The notes under the pieces were generated by a model, which saw nothing but the letters and a program-made list of their open reading frames with translations, made no database searches and was not told the origin of the DNA. 64,000 bases of DNA from Camelus dromedarius (lineage: Eukaryota), in NCBI RefSeq assembly GCF_036321535.1, contig NC_087437.1:36210001-36274000 (forward strand). Direction: 5' to 3'. Position numbers and translations under genes: made by a program. This document shows, in pieces, positions 1 through 13,315 of this stretch; the first letter of the stretch is position 1, and every line of letters starts with the position of its first letter.

Positions 1-245
1 TAAACAAGTGGGACTACATCAAACTAAAAAGCAAAGGTAACCAAAAACAAAAACAAAAAAAAGACAACCTACTAAATAGGAAAAAAAAATAATTTGCAAA
101 TCATATATCTAATAATGGACTAATATCCAAAATATTATCATACAACTCAATAACAAAATAGTCATATTAAAAAATGGGCAGAGGATCTGAATAGACATTT
201 TTTCCAAAGAAGACATACAGATGGCCAACAGGTACATGAAAAGGT
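1..245 (+). mobile_element. LINE-1 ORF2 3'-region fragment (continues left of the window)
   Basis: aagtgggactacatcaaactaaaa ... gaagacatacagatggccaacaggtacatgaaaagg (KWDYIKLK / EDIQMANRYMKR). Matches ~52800-53045 of the young L1. Confidence 0.9.
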
Positions 246-249
246 CTTT

Positions 250-2215
250 TTTATTTTGTCTTTTATTCTTCATTTTGATAATGTGATGTATCACACTCAT
301 TTGCGGATATTGAACCATCTCTTCATCCCTGGAATTGATCCCACATGATCATGCTGTATGATTCTTTTGTTTTTTAATTTGGCTTGCTAATATTTGTTGA
401 GAATTTTTGGATATATGTTCACCAGAGATACTGGCTTGTAATGTTCTTTTTTTGTAGTGTCTTTATTTGGTTTTGGTATTAGGATAATGATGGTCTTGTA
501 GAATGAGTTTGGAGCATCTCTTCCCCTTCTATTTTTTGGAAGGGTCTGAGAAGAATTGGTGTTGATTCTTTGAATGTTTGGTAGAATAAACCAGTGAAGA
601 TGTCTGGTCAAGGACTTTTGTTACTTGGGAGGTTTTAGATTACTGACTCAATCTCCTCCCTAGTAGTGGTTTGTTCACATTTTCCATTTCATCATGATTC
701 AGTCTTGGAGGTTGTTTGTCTCTAGGAATTTATCCTTTCTTTCAGGTTGTCAAGTTTGTGGGCATATGATTGTTTGTAGTAGTCTCTTATTATCCTTTTT
801 CTATAGTATCAATTATAAAGTCTCTTTTTTCATTTCTGATTTTATTTGACTTCTCTTTTATCTTGGTGAGTCTAGCCAAAGGTTTGTCAATTTTGTTTAT
901 TTTTTCAAAGAACTAGCTCTTAGTTTCACTGATCTTTTCTGTTGCCTTTTTAGTCTATATTTTATTTCTGCTCTAAAACATTATTTCCTTCTTTCTACTA
1001 ACTTTAGGATAAATTTGTTCTCTTCTAGATCCTTGAAGTGTAAAAATGGGTTGTTTATTTGAGACTTTTCTTCTTTCTGGAGATAGGCATTTATCACTAT
1101 TAAAATCTTAGAACTTCTTTTGCTGCATCCCAAATTTTGGTATATTACATTTCCATTTTTATTTGTTTTAAGGTATTTTTGATTTCTCTTTTAATTTCTT
1201 CTTTGATCCATTTGCTATTTAATAGCATGTTATTTAATCACCAATTTGTAAATTTCCAGGTTTGTCTCATGTAATTAATTTCTAGTCAAACCATCCTAGA
1301 TGGAAAAGAAGTTTAATATGATTTCAATACTCAAATTTATTAGGACTTATTTCTTGACCTAACATATGATCTATATTGGAAAACGTTTTATGTTCTCTTG
1401 AGAAGAATCTGTATTCTGTTGCTTTTGGAGGGAATGTTCTTTAAATATCTGTTAAGTCCACCTGGCCTAACATGTTGTTTAAGGCTGATGTTTCCTTTGA
1501 TTTTCTGTCTGAGTGATCTATCCATTGATGTATGTGGGCTATTAAAATCTGCTACTATTAATTGTATTGCTTTCTATTTCTCCCTTTAGGTCTGTTAATA
1601 TTTGCTTTGTATATTTAGGTGCTTCCATGTTGGATACATAAATATTTACAACTGTTACATACTCCTGTTGGATTTATTCCTTTATCATTATGTAACATCC
1701 CCTTTTTGTCTTATTGCAGTCTTTGTTTTAAAGTTTATTTTGTCTGACATAAATATAGAACTCCAGCTTTTTTTGGTTTCCATTTGCATGGAATATCTTT
1801 TTCTATCTCTTCATTTCAGTCTATGTGTTCTTACATCTAAAGTAGTGTATCATTGGCAGTATTGGGTCTGTTTTTTAATCCATTCAGCCATTCTAGATCT
1901 TTTGATTGGAGAATTTAGTCAGTTTACATTTAAAGTAATTATTGATAGTCATGTGCTTATTAGCATTTTGTTAATTGTTTTCTAGCTATTTTTGTAGTTC
2001 CTCTCTGTTCCTTTCTTGCTCTCTTGCTCTCCTCCTTTGTGGTTTGATGACTTTCTTTAGTGGTATGCTTATATTCCTTTCTTTTTACCTCTTCTATATT
2101 TTCTATAGGTGTTTGCTTTGTGTTTACCACAAGGCTGATATATAACAATCTGTAGCTGTAGCAGTCTATTTTAAATTGATAACAGCTTAAATTTGACACC
2201 ATTATAAAGCTCAAG
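250..2215 (-). mobile_element. Degenerate LINE-1 segment: inter-ORF spacer, endonuclease and start of RT
   Basis: Minus-strand translation includes [33 protein letters not shown]. An ORF2-type start (atg...tcaataattactttaaatgtaa) lies near 1966. Confidence 0.92.
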
Positions 2216-3837
2216 ATTTTTGCTTTTCCTACTTCTCAAAAAATTAGAAACCTAGATTGATGTTCATTTTTCTCTTCATATTTTTATCACTAGAGACAAA
2301 TATTATTTCTATATATCAAAAAGGACAATCAAATGCACTTCAAAGAATCCTGGTATCTTTACTGCTTTGTTCTTAGTGACACTGTCAACAATTACTATGT
2401 AAATCAAATAAATTCCTTGGATTTCAGACAGGAAGCTGGAATAACATATCCCTGAGGTTGCTTTATTTGTTGGTTCCCTTACTGATTATCTGCTCTCCCA
2501 AAGACATTTCTTTAATAATTGATATTCCTGGGGTGGGGGGTTGCCTCTGAATAGCATCATAAATGCAAATAGAACTGAAACTCAAAGACTTGAATATCAA
2601 CTTATGTGAATCTTTAAGCCCAAAAGAATATTAGACAGTTAATGAAATCTGTATTTTTTGGATCCGTGAGTAGCATTGTTCTTAAGTTTTGTGAATACAT
2701 GCCCAGGGACAGTAATTCCTAACTTTTGGGAATGAAGGCAACAGGCTCAAATTACTACACATATAGAATTCTCACAATATGCTTATATGCCAAAATCTTA
2801 AAAGAGTTCACTTTAATTTTACGAGATGGAAAAATCTGTGTTAAGTATATACCACTTCCTGAAATTATAAAAAGAACACTGGCATAAACTGTTTAATATA
2901 GAAGTATTAATATTAATCACTATGTAGTAATGTAACCAGTTTATTAAACATACTGTTCTTCATATGCAAGTCATAAGCCAACTTTATTTCTCTTCCCAGT
3001 CTCTTCAAATTTACTCATTAACTTGCTTCTGTGTGCTTCTGGGATAAATTCATGAGTAGGTCCCAAGGTATTTCTAAGCCTCAAAATAGTTCCATTTCAT
3101 GAGGTAAAATGATGAGTTAGTATAATAATCAGAACTCTGAACCTCAATTACATTAAAGCTTCTCTCCTTCTCCTACTGAATGCTGTTACAGGTCTGCAAA
3201 TCTTCACTTAGTGAAAAGAAAATGTCAACTTATTTCCTCCTTTTCCAAGTCTTCTCTCACTCATCTTCTGGTCCCACAGTCCCCTTTCAAGAGTTAAGTC
3301 AGATGAGAGATGATTCAAGGGTGAGGAGTGTAGCCAAATTCTATTTTGATTTTCTATTGGTCCCCTTTGAACCTGGCTGTATATTCCATGCTAACTTTAT
3401 TTTCTCTGTGTTTTCAGATAATCCCCTCTGATACCCTGGTGAATTCCAACTCCAGCTTTCTTGTTACTGATGTCTTCTCCAGCTGACCTTTTATGCCAGC
3501 CCTCATCCTTACTCAGCTTTGGATCTAACAAGACACTCATGTAGTCATCTCAATCCTAGCCCAGTTGGGCAAGGTTCTTTCAGCACCTGACAAATTCTGA
3601 CCCAAGGGAAATGTGTACCTTTGTCCTGCTCTCTGTTCTGCAACTTCAAGCAAATAATGTTCTTGGCCATAAACCTCAGCTAAATGGGGCCATTTTGTTT
3701 TGATCAGTTGTTGACTCCCTCATTGGATGGTCGCAAACTGCAGCAGCAGTACCAGTACAGCACCACCAAGTTTACTGTGTTCCGATCATCACAAATCCAA
3801 GCAAGGTCTGTTTTATGCCATTTTCAGAAGAGGATAC

Positions 3838-4310
3838 TGTTACAGACTGAATGTTTTTGCCTCAATCTCCACCAAATTTATATGCTGAAGCCCCAAACCA
3901 CAAGGTGACAGTATTAGGAAGGGGGGGACTTTGGGAGTTAATTTGGGTTAGATTAGGTAGGGTGGGGTCCTCATGATGGCATTAGTTTCCTCATAAGAAT
4001 AGAAAGAGAGATGTCTCTTTTTCTTTTTTTTTTTTTTTACATTTTTTATTGATTTATAATCATTTTACAATGTTGTGGAGATATCTTTTTCTCTCTCTCT
4101 CCCTTCACATGCACACACCGAGGAAGGGTCATGCGAGGACACAGCCAGAAAGAAGCCACCTGCAAGCCAGAAAGAGAGCCCTCACCAACTCCATATGGGC
4201 CAGCACCTTGATCTTAGACTTTCCAGCCTCCAGAACTGTGTGAACTTCATTTGCAGCTTAAGTCACCTTAAGTCTACAGTACTTTATGGCAGCCCAAGCT
4301 AACTAAGACA
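3838..4310 (+). mobile_element. MaLR solo LTR (MLT1A-like)
   Basis: TG...CA ends; typical motifs gcaccttgatcttagactttccagcctccagaactgtg and gcagcccaagctaactaagaca; 5-bp TSD gatac/gatat at 3833-3837 and 4311-4315. Confidence 0.88.
4024..4077 (-). mobile_element. Ultra-short 5'-truncated young L1 (39 nt of 3' end plus poly(A))
   Basis: Reverse complement cacaacattgtaaaatgattataaatcaataaaaaatgt(A)15 is nearly identical to 53876-53930. Imperfect TSD gagatgtctctttttc / gagatatctttttc. Confidence 0.9.
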
Positions 4311-7300
4311 GATATCAAGGCTCAAAACTCTTGGAAACTTGTCAAAAATATGACAACTAAGTGGCCGAGTTGGGAGTCAAACCTAGGGCTGTTTGAATAA
4401 AACCCCTGTTCTTTTTACTGTTATGTCCTGTGGTTTCAGACTTCTTGTATACGCCCTGTTGGCAATGTTTCCGTTTTTTTCCATCTCTTCTATAAATGTA
4501 TTCATCTCTTCACTAAATATTTCCCAGCGTGTCAAAACTAAGTTGAGATTATTCCCATCGCTAGTTACTAGTGGCATCCCTGTCCATCCTTTTGGTTTGC
4601 ACCTGTGTACTTTTGTAGTCAGCCAATGTACACACACCGCACATATTGTATATATGTGTGTGTGTGTGTATTTTTATTTATAATATGTTCAAATAATACC
4701 AATTGCTACATTTTCTTAACTGCTAGAGCCTATATAATTAGTGTCTATACATTCCTTTGAAGGTAAAGCACATATTTGGAACTCTTCTGTTAGTAACATG
4801 CATAGATCTGAAAAAAAGATCTAATTGTCACCCAGTTTGTATTTTCAGAGCCTTCAAGGGATCAAGATGTTTTAGAATAATTCACGTTTAATGATGTTTG
4901 AAGCTTCACGAAGATTTACATTTTTGGTAAATAAAGCATATAGACAAAAGTCAGAAAAATAATGTACTATATAATTCTCTATAAACCTCGACAGGCCCTC
5001 TCCACTATTTTTCATTTGAGAAGTCCTCTCTCTGAAGGAGCAAAAGGACTGGAGTAGCACCAGCCCGTTTTAAGTACCACAGGTTAACAACCACGCACAG
5101 AAAATCCATTCAAACTCACGGAATCTAATTAAGTTGCTGACATACTTTCTTATTTGACTACAAACACTTTGAACTGCAGCTAACTGATTTCAGTGTTCCA
5201 CATATGATCTGAAATCTGTCAAATATTTCCACATGTCTTCCCTTTAAAGATGCTTCTTACTTGGCATTTATCCAAGTGTATGAGAAAAGAGAAACAGCAA
5301 TGTTGAAAGGGTTGAGATGTAATGATCACAAAACTTATTGTAATTAAAATATTCCTATGAAGATCTTAGTGGGGTGTCAAACTTCAGAATATGTAATATA
5401 GGGAGTATATCTCAGTATTCTTTGATCATACATGTGTTTGATTAAAGAGAAAATACATTTTCTAGTCAGCTAAAGTTAGCAGTTCAGATCAATTCCATTT
5501 TGAAATCAAAATTGATAGTTTCCTACTCTATAAAGAGAATGTTGAACTAAATCACTGAAATTTATTTCCAGCTCAAACATTCTGCTGCTACATATAATAT
5601 TATAATTCTTTGTAAAAAATAAAGCCCCATCTATAAATCTGATCTATGTTTTTGGAAAACAGACTAAAAAGCCAACAGATTGCACAAATATAAGCTATAC
5701 TTGGCACAGTAAGGTGAATAAAGTCTCCTTAATTTCCTAAGCAAGTATTATTCAAGAGAAATTAGAACATAAATACAGAAGTCTCAGTTGTATTTCACAT
5801 TGCTAAAAATTGTATATTTTGTGTCCTATAGTCTAGACTACACACATTTCAGCTGCTAAAATTTAGGCGATCTATATTATGGGATAATGCTGACTGGATA
5901 AAATGTAGTTTGAACAGTGAGTTGCCATTAGCAATAATAGAAACAGCACAGCAGAAACCTGATCCAATGCATATATGATATCCCCCTCTGTGTTAAAACC
6001 TTAAAACAGTGTTTATTGCCCTATCAGGAGAGAGGGATAGAGGGAACAGCTGTGTTGTTCTGCAGTATTTTTATTCCATTAGCAAGTGTCATTATTCAAG
6101 CCTCATTATTGCTCCTAATGAAGCAATACACCAAAGCTAAATTCAAATCAGTATAAAATATTTGAAAGAGTTCCTGCAGTGCACTGAACTTGGCAAGAAA
6201 GCTTTTGAGAAAAGGGCAAAGCCAGAGAACAATCTTTCAAGTATCTTAATTTCCATGATAAATGGTGATACGCTTAGTTCAATATTTTCCCCAAACTGAT
6301 ACTCATATAAATAACACAAAAGCTATTTGTAGGGTCATCTAATTCTCTAGGAGCTTCTGCAGACAACAATTTTATGATCTGGCTTGTAGGCAATGCAACA
6401 CACAGGAAAGCTACTTTCTTGAAATCTACAAATCACTAGGCAGGTATGCTTGTCAAGGAAAATAATGATGAAGATTTTGCTGCTAAGTATACAGGTTTAC
6501 AGTATTAAGTTTTCCTGGTTGGAATTCTTCACTGTATTAACTTTCCATCAGAGAACCAAAGATGTAGAGGTGCATTTTTATATGTTTCCATAACCATATG
6601 CAAATAAATCAAAAATAATGTCATAAATTGTAACTTTAAAAAAGTGCCTTCTGTTATCAACTTTCAAAATACAACCAACTTAAGTAAAATGGTGCTACCT
6701 CCAAAGATAAATAAGTAATAAGATTAAGATATTTATATTTTAAATAGTAAGTAATAAGATTAAAAGTGAAAAAATATTAAACAATTGAACAGTTACATAA
6801 ATAGGTGCTAAAGTATGAAGTTGAAGAAATTTAATACAGGAAAACAGGTAGCTGAAAGATGGAAAAGTAGAGCAACAGGATGGATGGTAACAAGGTGGAG
6901 GGGGTTGGGTTGCTATTTTGTTTAAGGAGATCAGTCAGACCTTTTCAAAGAGGATGTGGTACAGATTGCAATTCATTGAGGAAAATCTCAGAAAATCTTT
7001 GGGAAGAGCACACTAGGTGGAGGGCAGAGCAGAGCAAGGCCAGGCCATCTTGGCAGGAGCTGAGGTAGCATGCTCACACTGCCCTCTACGTGGGACTGGC
7101 TCAACAAAATTTCTGAAAACAAGCCAGAATTCAGAAATTCAGAAATTCTCTTTAATGATGTACATTCCTGGCACCCTGCCTGGATGATAGATTAGATAGA
7201 TAGTGGCGGGGCAGGATCTCATGTCACTCATCAAATATGCCATCAGGTGCTCCTTTTGTAAACCAGCTTGTATGACAGATACATGTGACTAATAAAACTG

Positions 7301-7539
7301 TCATAAACTTGGCTGTATCTTGATTTTCTCTTTTGTAAATAGGAAACATATTACCTAACTCCCAGAGTTTTAACTCTATTACTCATTTATTTTCTTTCTT
7401 TGAATCACATATTCATTGCATTGGATTAATCACAATGTTTGCTTTATGACACACTCATAGTTTGTCCACAGGAAGTCTTATTTATGTACTTATCTATCAT
7501 AATAAACATCCATGAGACAACTGAAAACAAAACTGGACA

Positions 7540-8110
7540 GTTGGAAACATCTTACATCTATCAACATGTACTCCCTGACCAAACCCCCATTCCAAATTAA
7601 CCTTATCCTGAATCTTGTGTGCAAAATTCTCCTGCTTTTTAATGTGCAATATTTTATCTCTTTTAATTTAGTTTTTAACATTTAATAAAACTTATAAATT
7701 TATTAAAAGGATATCATAGTCTATGTAATATTAGGAAGGCTTTTTCACTCAAAAGTATGTCATTTTATTAAGTTTGTTGCATGTAGCTATGTTTATTTTT
7801 TCTCCTATAAAATATTTCATGTTAAATACACCACAGGTTATTAATCCATTGTCCTGCCATCATGCATTCAGGTTCATTTAAAGAGTTTGCTATTACAAAC
7901 CTTTCGTTTATTTTGTCTCTTTAATAGCTGAGCAGGAGTTTTCCTTGAGTGTTTATCAGGGGATGGAATTGCTGGGTTTCCAGACATTTATATTATAAAT
8001 GCTTGACTTTATCTAATTACACTGAATATTTTTCTTAAGAGAGTCAACCAATTTACATTCTCATCAGCAAAGTATATGAATCCACTTTCTCTCCAACATT
8101 TGGTATAGAA
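7540..8110 (-). mobile_element. Old L1 (L1ME-like) 3' fragment
   Basis: Degenerate L1M motifs on the minus strand (ggaattgctggg, accaatttacattctcatcagcaa, ctccaacatttggtat). Confidence 0.6.
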
Positions 8111-10359
8111 ACTCTCCTATGGAGGAGTCATTTGGGGGTGAGTGATTGAGCAGTTTTGTCCCTGGGAAATATTTAAATGCAATGAAAAACTCTAATGTGA
8201 TATCATTAGTATTCAGAGGTTGGCATAGCTTCTTATAGATAAGTTACTAATGCAAAATAGCTACCAAAGTCCCTGGCAGATACTATTTGTTTGAGCAACA
8301 TAAAATTACTCTGTTATTAGATTAAAAAATCAAATATTAGTAATTTCATGATTCAAAATCCACAAGTAGCCTAAGCCATTCCATTGTTGTCCCTTTTCCC
8401 AACAATCCAGAATGACTATGTCAGTAATGATCATATTTTCAGTTATCATTTCTTTCATCACGTACCTGAAAGTATTCTTATTTATGCTTAAATGAATCAT
8501 AGAGTTTTTTTTTAATCTTTAACTTTTAATAAAAGGTAACTTATTTTATTTCAATTAACACTGTCTTTTTATTGTCTCTTCTTTCCACTCTTGAATGATT
8601 AGGTTTGTGATTGTAAATATGTTCTCTTTTTAAAAAAGCTTTTATTTTTAAAAAGTTTACTATAAAAAAAAAGTTGTGTCCAGAACTGTACTTCAGAGAC
8701 AGCACAGACATAAAATCAAGGGGCAAATATATCAGTCATTAATGAAAGAGGGCAGAATAAATGAAAATTTAGGGATTGACTAAATTTCAGATTGAAATTA
8801 GGTGTGACAAAATCCTCAATCTCCAAATTTTCATTTATGCTGGATATTTATTTTGGATATAGAAGAAATTATGAAATGATATTATTAATTTAGAAATTTA
8901 ATCTAAAAATTTATTCTGGGTATGTGAGAAAATACTAGATTAAAAGTAGAAACAATAGATTTTTTTAAAGTATTGACACAGCTTGTTTTAAGAAACTAAA
9001 GCTATATTGCTTCTATACTGAACTAGACTTCTGCTTATTTTCAAATGTACAGAAACCATAGATGAATGTGTGATACCCTGATACCATTCTTACTGCCTTG
9101 AACAGAATCAAGTTTTCTTTTCCTTTTCTTCTTTTCTTTTAATCCAGAGGTTTATTTTGAGTAGAACCTTATTATTTGGACATTTTGGATATTTGGTTAC
9201 ATACCCATGCTCTCCTCCACAACAGCTCTGTGAACTAACTGTGCCCAGCACAATTTTCAGCTTTAATTATTGACTTGTGAACATATCCTTCTAATTTCAG
9301 CAACAAGTGGAAGGTATAATCAATTTAACTTATATGTTCACACTGAAAGTCTTACAGTGCTTTTTCTTTGTGACCTACTATTTTGTAACAGTATATGTAT
9401 ATGTCAATGCCTTAGACTCTTGATGGAACGATGGCATTAACAGAAAGAAAAGTTATTGTCTCTAAATGCAAGTAGTGTCCTTATCAAAGAGAAAATAATG
9501 TTCCCTGACATACACACTATAAAGTTCCATTTTTACCATAAAATGAGATCCTGACATAATATAGCAAAGCTGACAAGTACTAAATTGCTGGCATATAAGT
9601 ATCATAAAATGTAGAATTTCTTAAATATTTTGCCCATTGGGTCAACAGTGTCCATAGTTTTTAATCCATTCAATCCTAAAACATGCATTTATGGGACAGC
9701 CACTATTTCTCAAGCATTGTCTGGTTTCAAACTTCAAAGAAATCAGAATCATGAGTAAATAGACACGTATAAAACTGCAATAAAATCTGATAGATGACAT
9801 GAACTAAGTACTTCGTTAAGGGTGAGTGGATAAGAATGTCTCCTCAGATAAAGCTTTCCAAAGGAACAGAAAATATTCTATTTCTTAAAAAATAAGTATT
9901 TCTCAAGTCACAAAATTATTTTCCAAGTAAAAGAAATTAGTTATTCATCCATTCTTTAACTCCCTCATGCATTCGATAAATGTACAAATCAGATACAGAG
10001 GTAAAAAAGACCATTACCCACATGGAGACAAGAGCACTATTTGGGTAGACAGGAAATACCACTCTTAAAAAAGAAGATCGAGTTGTAATAGAATCGGACA
10101 AAAGTACTCAATTAACTGCTTATGCTAGCAAGTCCCTATTACACACTTTATTTTATTTATTTACTTGTTTATTATCTGTGCTCTCATCTCTTGTCTTTAT
10201 ACAAACTATAAGCTCCACAAAGACACAAGTTTTCTGGGTTTGTTATCTGCCTTGTATATTAAATGAATGGCTGATTTATTGCATGAATGAATAAATATCT
10301 TACTTTTGTTGGAAAATAATTTTATGACTTTAGAAATCATACATTTAACATTACACTTA

Positions 10360-11945
10360 CTGTTGAAAACGTCTCCTTAAACCTGGCAGCACCAAAATCA
10401 AGAATGTCTGCTTTCACTACTGGTAACTATTCAATGTTGGGCTGAAGGCCCTAATTTGTTCAAGAAGGCAAGTATAAGGAAAACAGGAGTAAACATTAGA
10501 GACAAAGAAGGAAAACTCTCTTTACTCAGAGATGACCTAATTGTTAACACAGACTATCTTATGAAATCTGAGAAAAAGAAAACTACTCAAACTATGAAGT
10601 GAAGTTAGCTAGTTTGTAGGATTCAAGATCAACTTTGACAATCACATGCATTTCTGTTACTAGCTGAGAACAACTGGAAAACAAAACTACTGTTTAAAAT
10701 TGCATCAAACACATGAAAACTCTGTAAGAAATAAGACAAGTGATTTAGACCTCTATAAAACATGAGTGAAAGTAACTACGGAAAACAAATAAATAGGAAT
10801 ATACACCATTATCATGAATTACAGGAGCTGACATAAACAGGAAAAGAACCACAAATTTTAATGTTTAATTTGAGATACATTATAGTTCTATATGTGAAGT
10901 TCTAAATTAAATTTAAAAATTAAAAATATTTTTGAATAGTTTGTAAAGACAAAAGTTTCCTAGGGCCTAACAACATTTACCATAAAAAACAAATTAGAGT
11001 TAATCAAACTTTCATAAACTTTTGTCAAAAGTATAAACTTTTGTCAAAAGACTGTTTCAGAGGCAAGTCACATACCAGGAAAAATAATGCAATGCTTATG
11101 TCTGACAAAGGACTTATATTTAGAATATATAAAGAACGTTTATAATTTTACAATTGACAAATAGCAATATTTGAATAAACCCTTCACAAAAGAACATATG
11201 CAAATGACCAACAAGAACATGAAAAAGTGCTCACCCATCATTACTCATCAAAGCAGCATAAATTGATAGCATCATGATGATGTATCACTTCACACCCACT
11301 TGAATGACCAAAACTGACTGACAATACCAAACATTGGCGAGGATATGGAACAAGTAGAATTCTCATGTATTACTGAAGAGTGTAAAATAGTATAACCACT
11401 TGGTAAAAGCAGTTTCTTATAATGTTAACCATGCGCTTACCCTCTAAACTAGCAATTTCACAATGCATACCTTACCCAAGAGAAATGAAGACTTATATAT
11501 ACAATAGGACTTAAACAAAAACCTTTATAGACATCCTTTCATAGTGGCTAAAAATTGGAAAACACTCAAATACCCATTAGCCAGGAGAATGGATAAGTAA
11601 GTTGTAGTATATTCATACAAAGGAATACTTTTTAGCAATAAATGATGAAGCAACAGCAAAGATGAATCACAAAAGGTATTTTTGAACAAAAAAGGAAGAC
11701 ACAAAAGAGTTTTTACTATATGGCTCATTGTATGTAATATTCAAAAACAAGGAAAACTAATATATGAGACTAGAAATCAGAACTGAATGACCATGGATGG
11801 GACTGGGGGTTTGACTTGAAGGAAACATGAACATTTTCTGAGATGATAGAAGTATTTTGTGTGTGAATTTTGTAAAGATGGATAAATTTGACGAATCTCA
11901 TCAATCTGCACATTAAAGATATATGTATTTTACTGCATACAAATC
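10360..11945 (+). mobile_element. Old L1 (L1M/L1ME-like) ORF2 and 3' end
   Basis: Motifs tctgacaaaggacttatatttagaatatataaagaac, catgaaaaagtgctca, acccaagagaaatgaagac, and an L1M-type tail. Confidence 0.8.
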
Positions 11946-11989
11946 CAATAGACACACACTCACTAGATACATTTAATAGCAGATGAGAT

Positions 11990-12680
11990 ATGCTGAAAGG
12001 CATCAGTGGACATAAATTAGGTGAGAGGACAATTCATAGAAATACAGAGGCACATAACAAAAACAGAAGAAAGGTAAGAGATGGAGAAAATCACTGAATT
12101 CCAGAAAAAAGAGGAGAAGATGGGACATAAGTCTTATTTAAATAGAAAATGGCTAGGAATTCTCCAAAACTGATGAAACAAATCAACTGATAGTTTCTAG
12201 GAACAACAATCATCAAGTGGGATGTATAAAAAGAAATCTCTGAAGAAAAATCAGAACAAAACTGTTGACCACCAAAGGTAGAGAGAAAATCTTCAAAGAT
12301 GCCATAAAAAAGAATGCAAGGTGGGTAGAACAGTTGAAACTATCAATGAAAAGAGCCATACCAACAAAATAAAGGGGAAACGATGACTTTCTCAATAGAT
12401 GCAGGATATGTTCACAATAAAATTCATTATCTGTTCACGCAGTAAGAACAATGAGATACTGGTCAAAGCACTGGTGGGTGTCAGACATACGAGGGCAGTC
12501 CTAGTTCTTCTATTATTCAACTTAGCTGTCCTGGACAACCTGGTTACCTACCATCTCTACATACCTAGAGACAGACAAAAATCAGTGATTTTTAAATCTC
12601 ATTCTTAAAAGGAAATATTTTAACACCTGATATGCAAAACAGAAAAATAAGGCAGTTTCTCCATTTCTCAAAAACATCAC
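11990..12680 (+). mobile_element. Old L1 ORF1/ORF2 fragments
   Basis: gaattccagaaaaaagagg...gaattctccaaaactgatgaa...gagaaaatcttcaaag resembles the ORF1 RRM/CTD region. Confidence 0.55.
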
Positions 12681-12682
12681 TA

Positions 12683-13315
12683 TGTAGTAAGGAGACCTCT
12701 GAGAATAGCTCCCAAGACTCTTTCCTCCTGATGTACACACTCCATGTAATACTCTCCCCTTTTGTGTGGGTAGCATGGGGAATATGCTGGAGTCCACTTC
12801 CATGATTAAATTATGTTACATGAAAAAGTGAAAGGATTTGCAGATGAAGTGAAGGTCCTGAATTATTTTTCTTCGAGTTTATCAAAAGGAAAATGATTGT
12901 GGGTAGATATGACCTAATTAGGTAAGCCTCTGAGGAACTGGGTCTCTTTAAAGCAAGAGGTTAGAAATGTTCGATTCAACTGCTGGCTTCGAAGTGAACT
13001 ACCATGTTTTGAGAGGGTCAGGACCTGAGGGCAGCCTCTAGGAAATGAGTGACTTCTGCCCTAGAATCAGCAAGAAAACAGGGACTTCAATTAAGAGGAA
13101 CTGAACTCTGCCAACAACCTGAACATGCCTGGAAAACAGCCCAAAGTTCCAGATGAGAACACAGACCAGTGACACCTTGATTTCAGTCCCCTGAGCCCCT
13201 GAGCTATGCTATGCCTGGACTTTTGATCTCCTGAAACTCTGAGATAATACATGAGTGGTGTTTTTAATCCACTAAATTTGTTGTTATTTCTTACACAGCA
13301 ATAGAAATAGAGTTG
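12683..13315 (+). mobile_element. MaLR LTR (MLT1E/F-like)
   Basis: Motifs gatttgcagatg, gaactgaactctgccaacaacctgaa, gacaccttgatttcag, ccactaaatttg...acagcaatagaaa. Confidence 0.85.

Larger units (their letters stand above)
3815..4420 (+). mobile_element. MIR SINE split by an MLT1A LTR
   Basis: MIR core ccattttcagaagaggatac on the left resumes as caaggctc...aacttgtcaaaa...aagtggccgagttgggagtcaaacctagg on the right. Confidence 0.65.
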
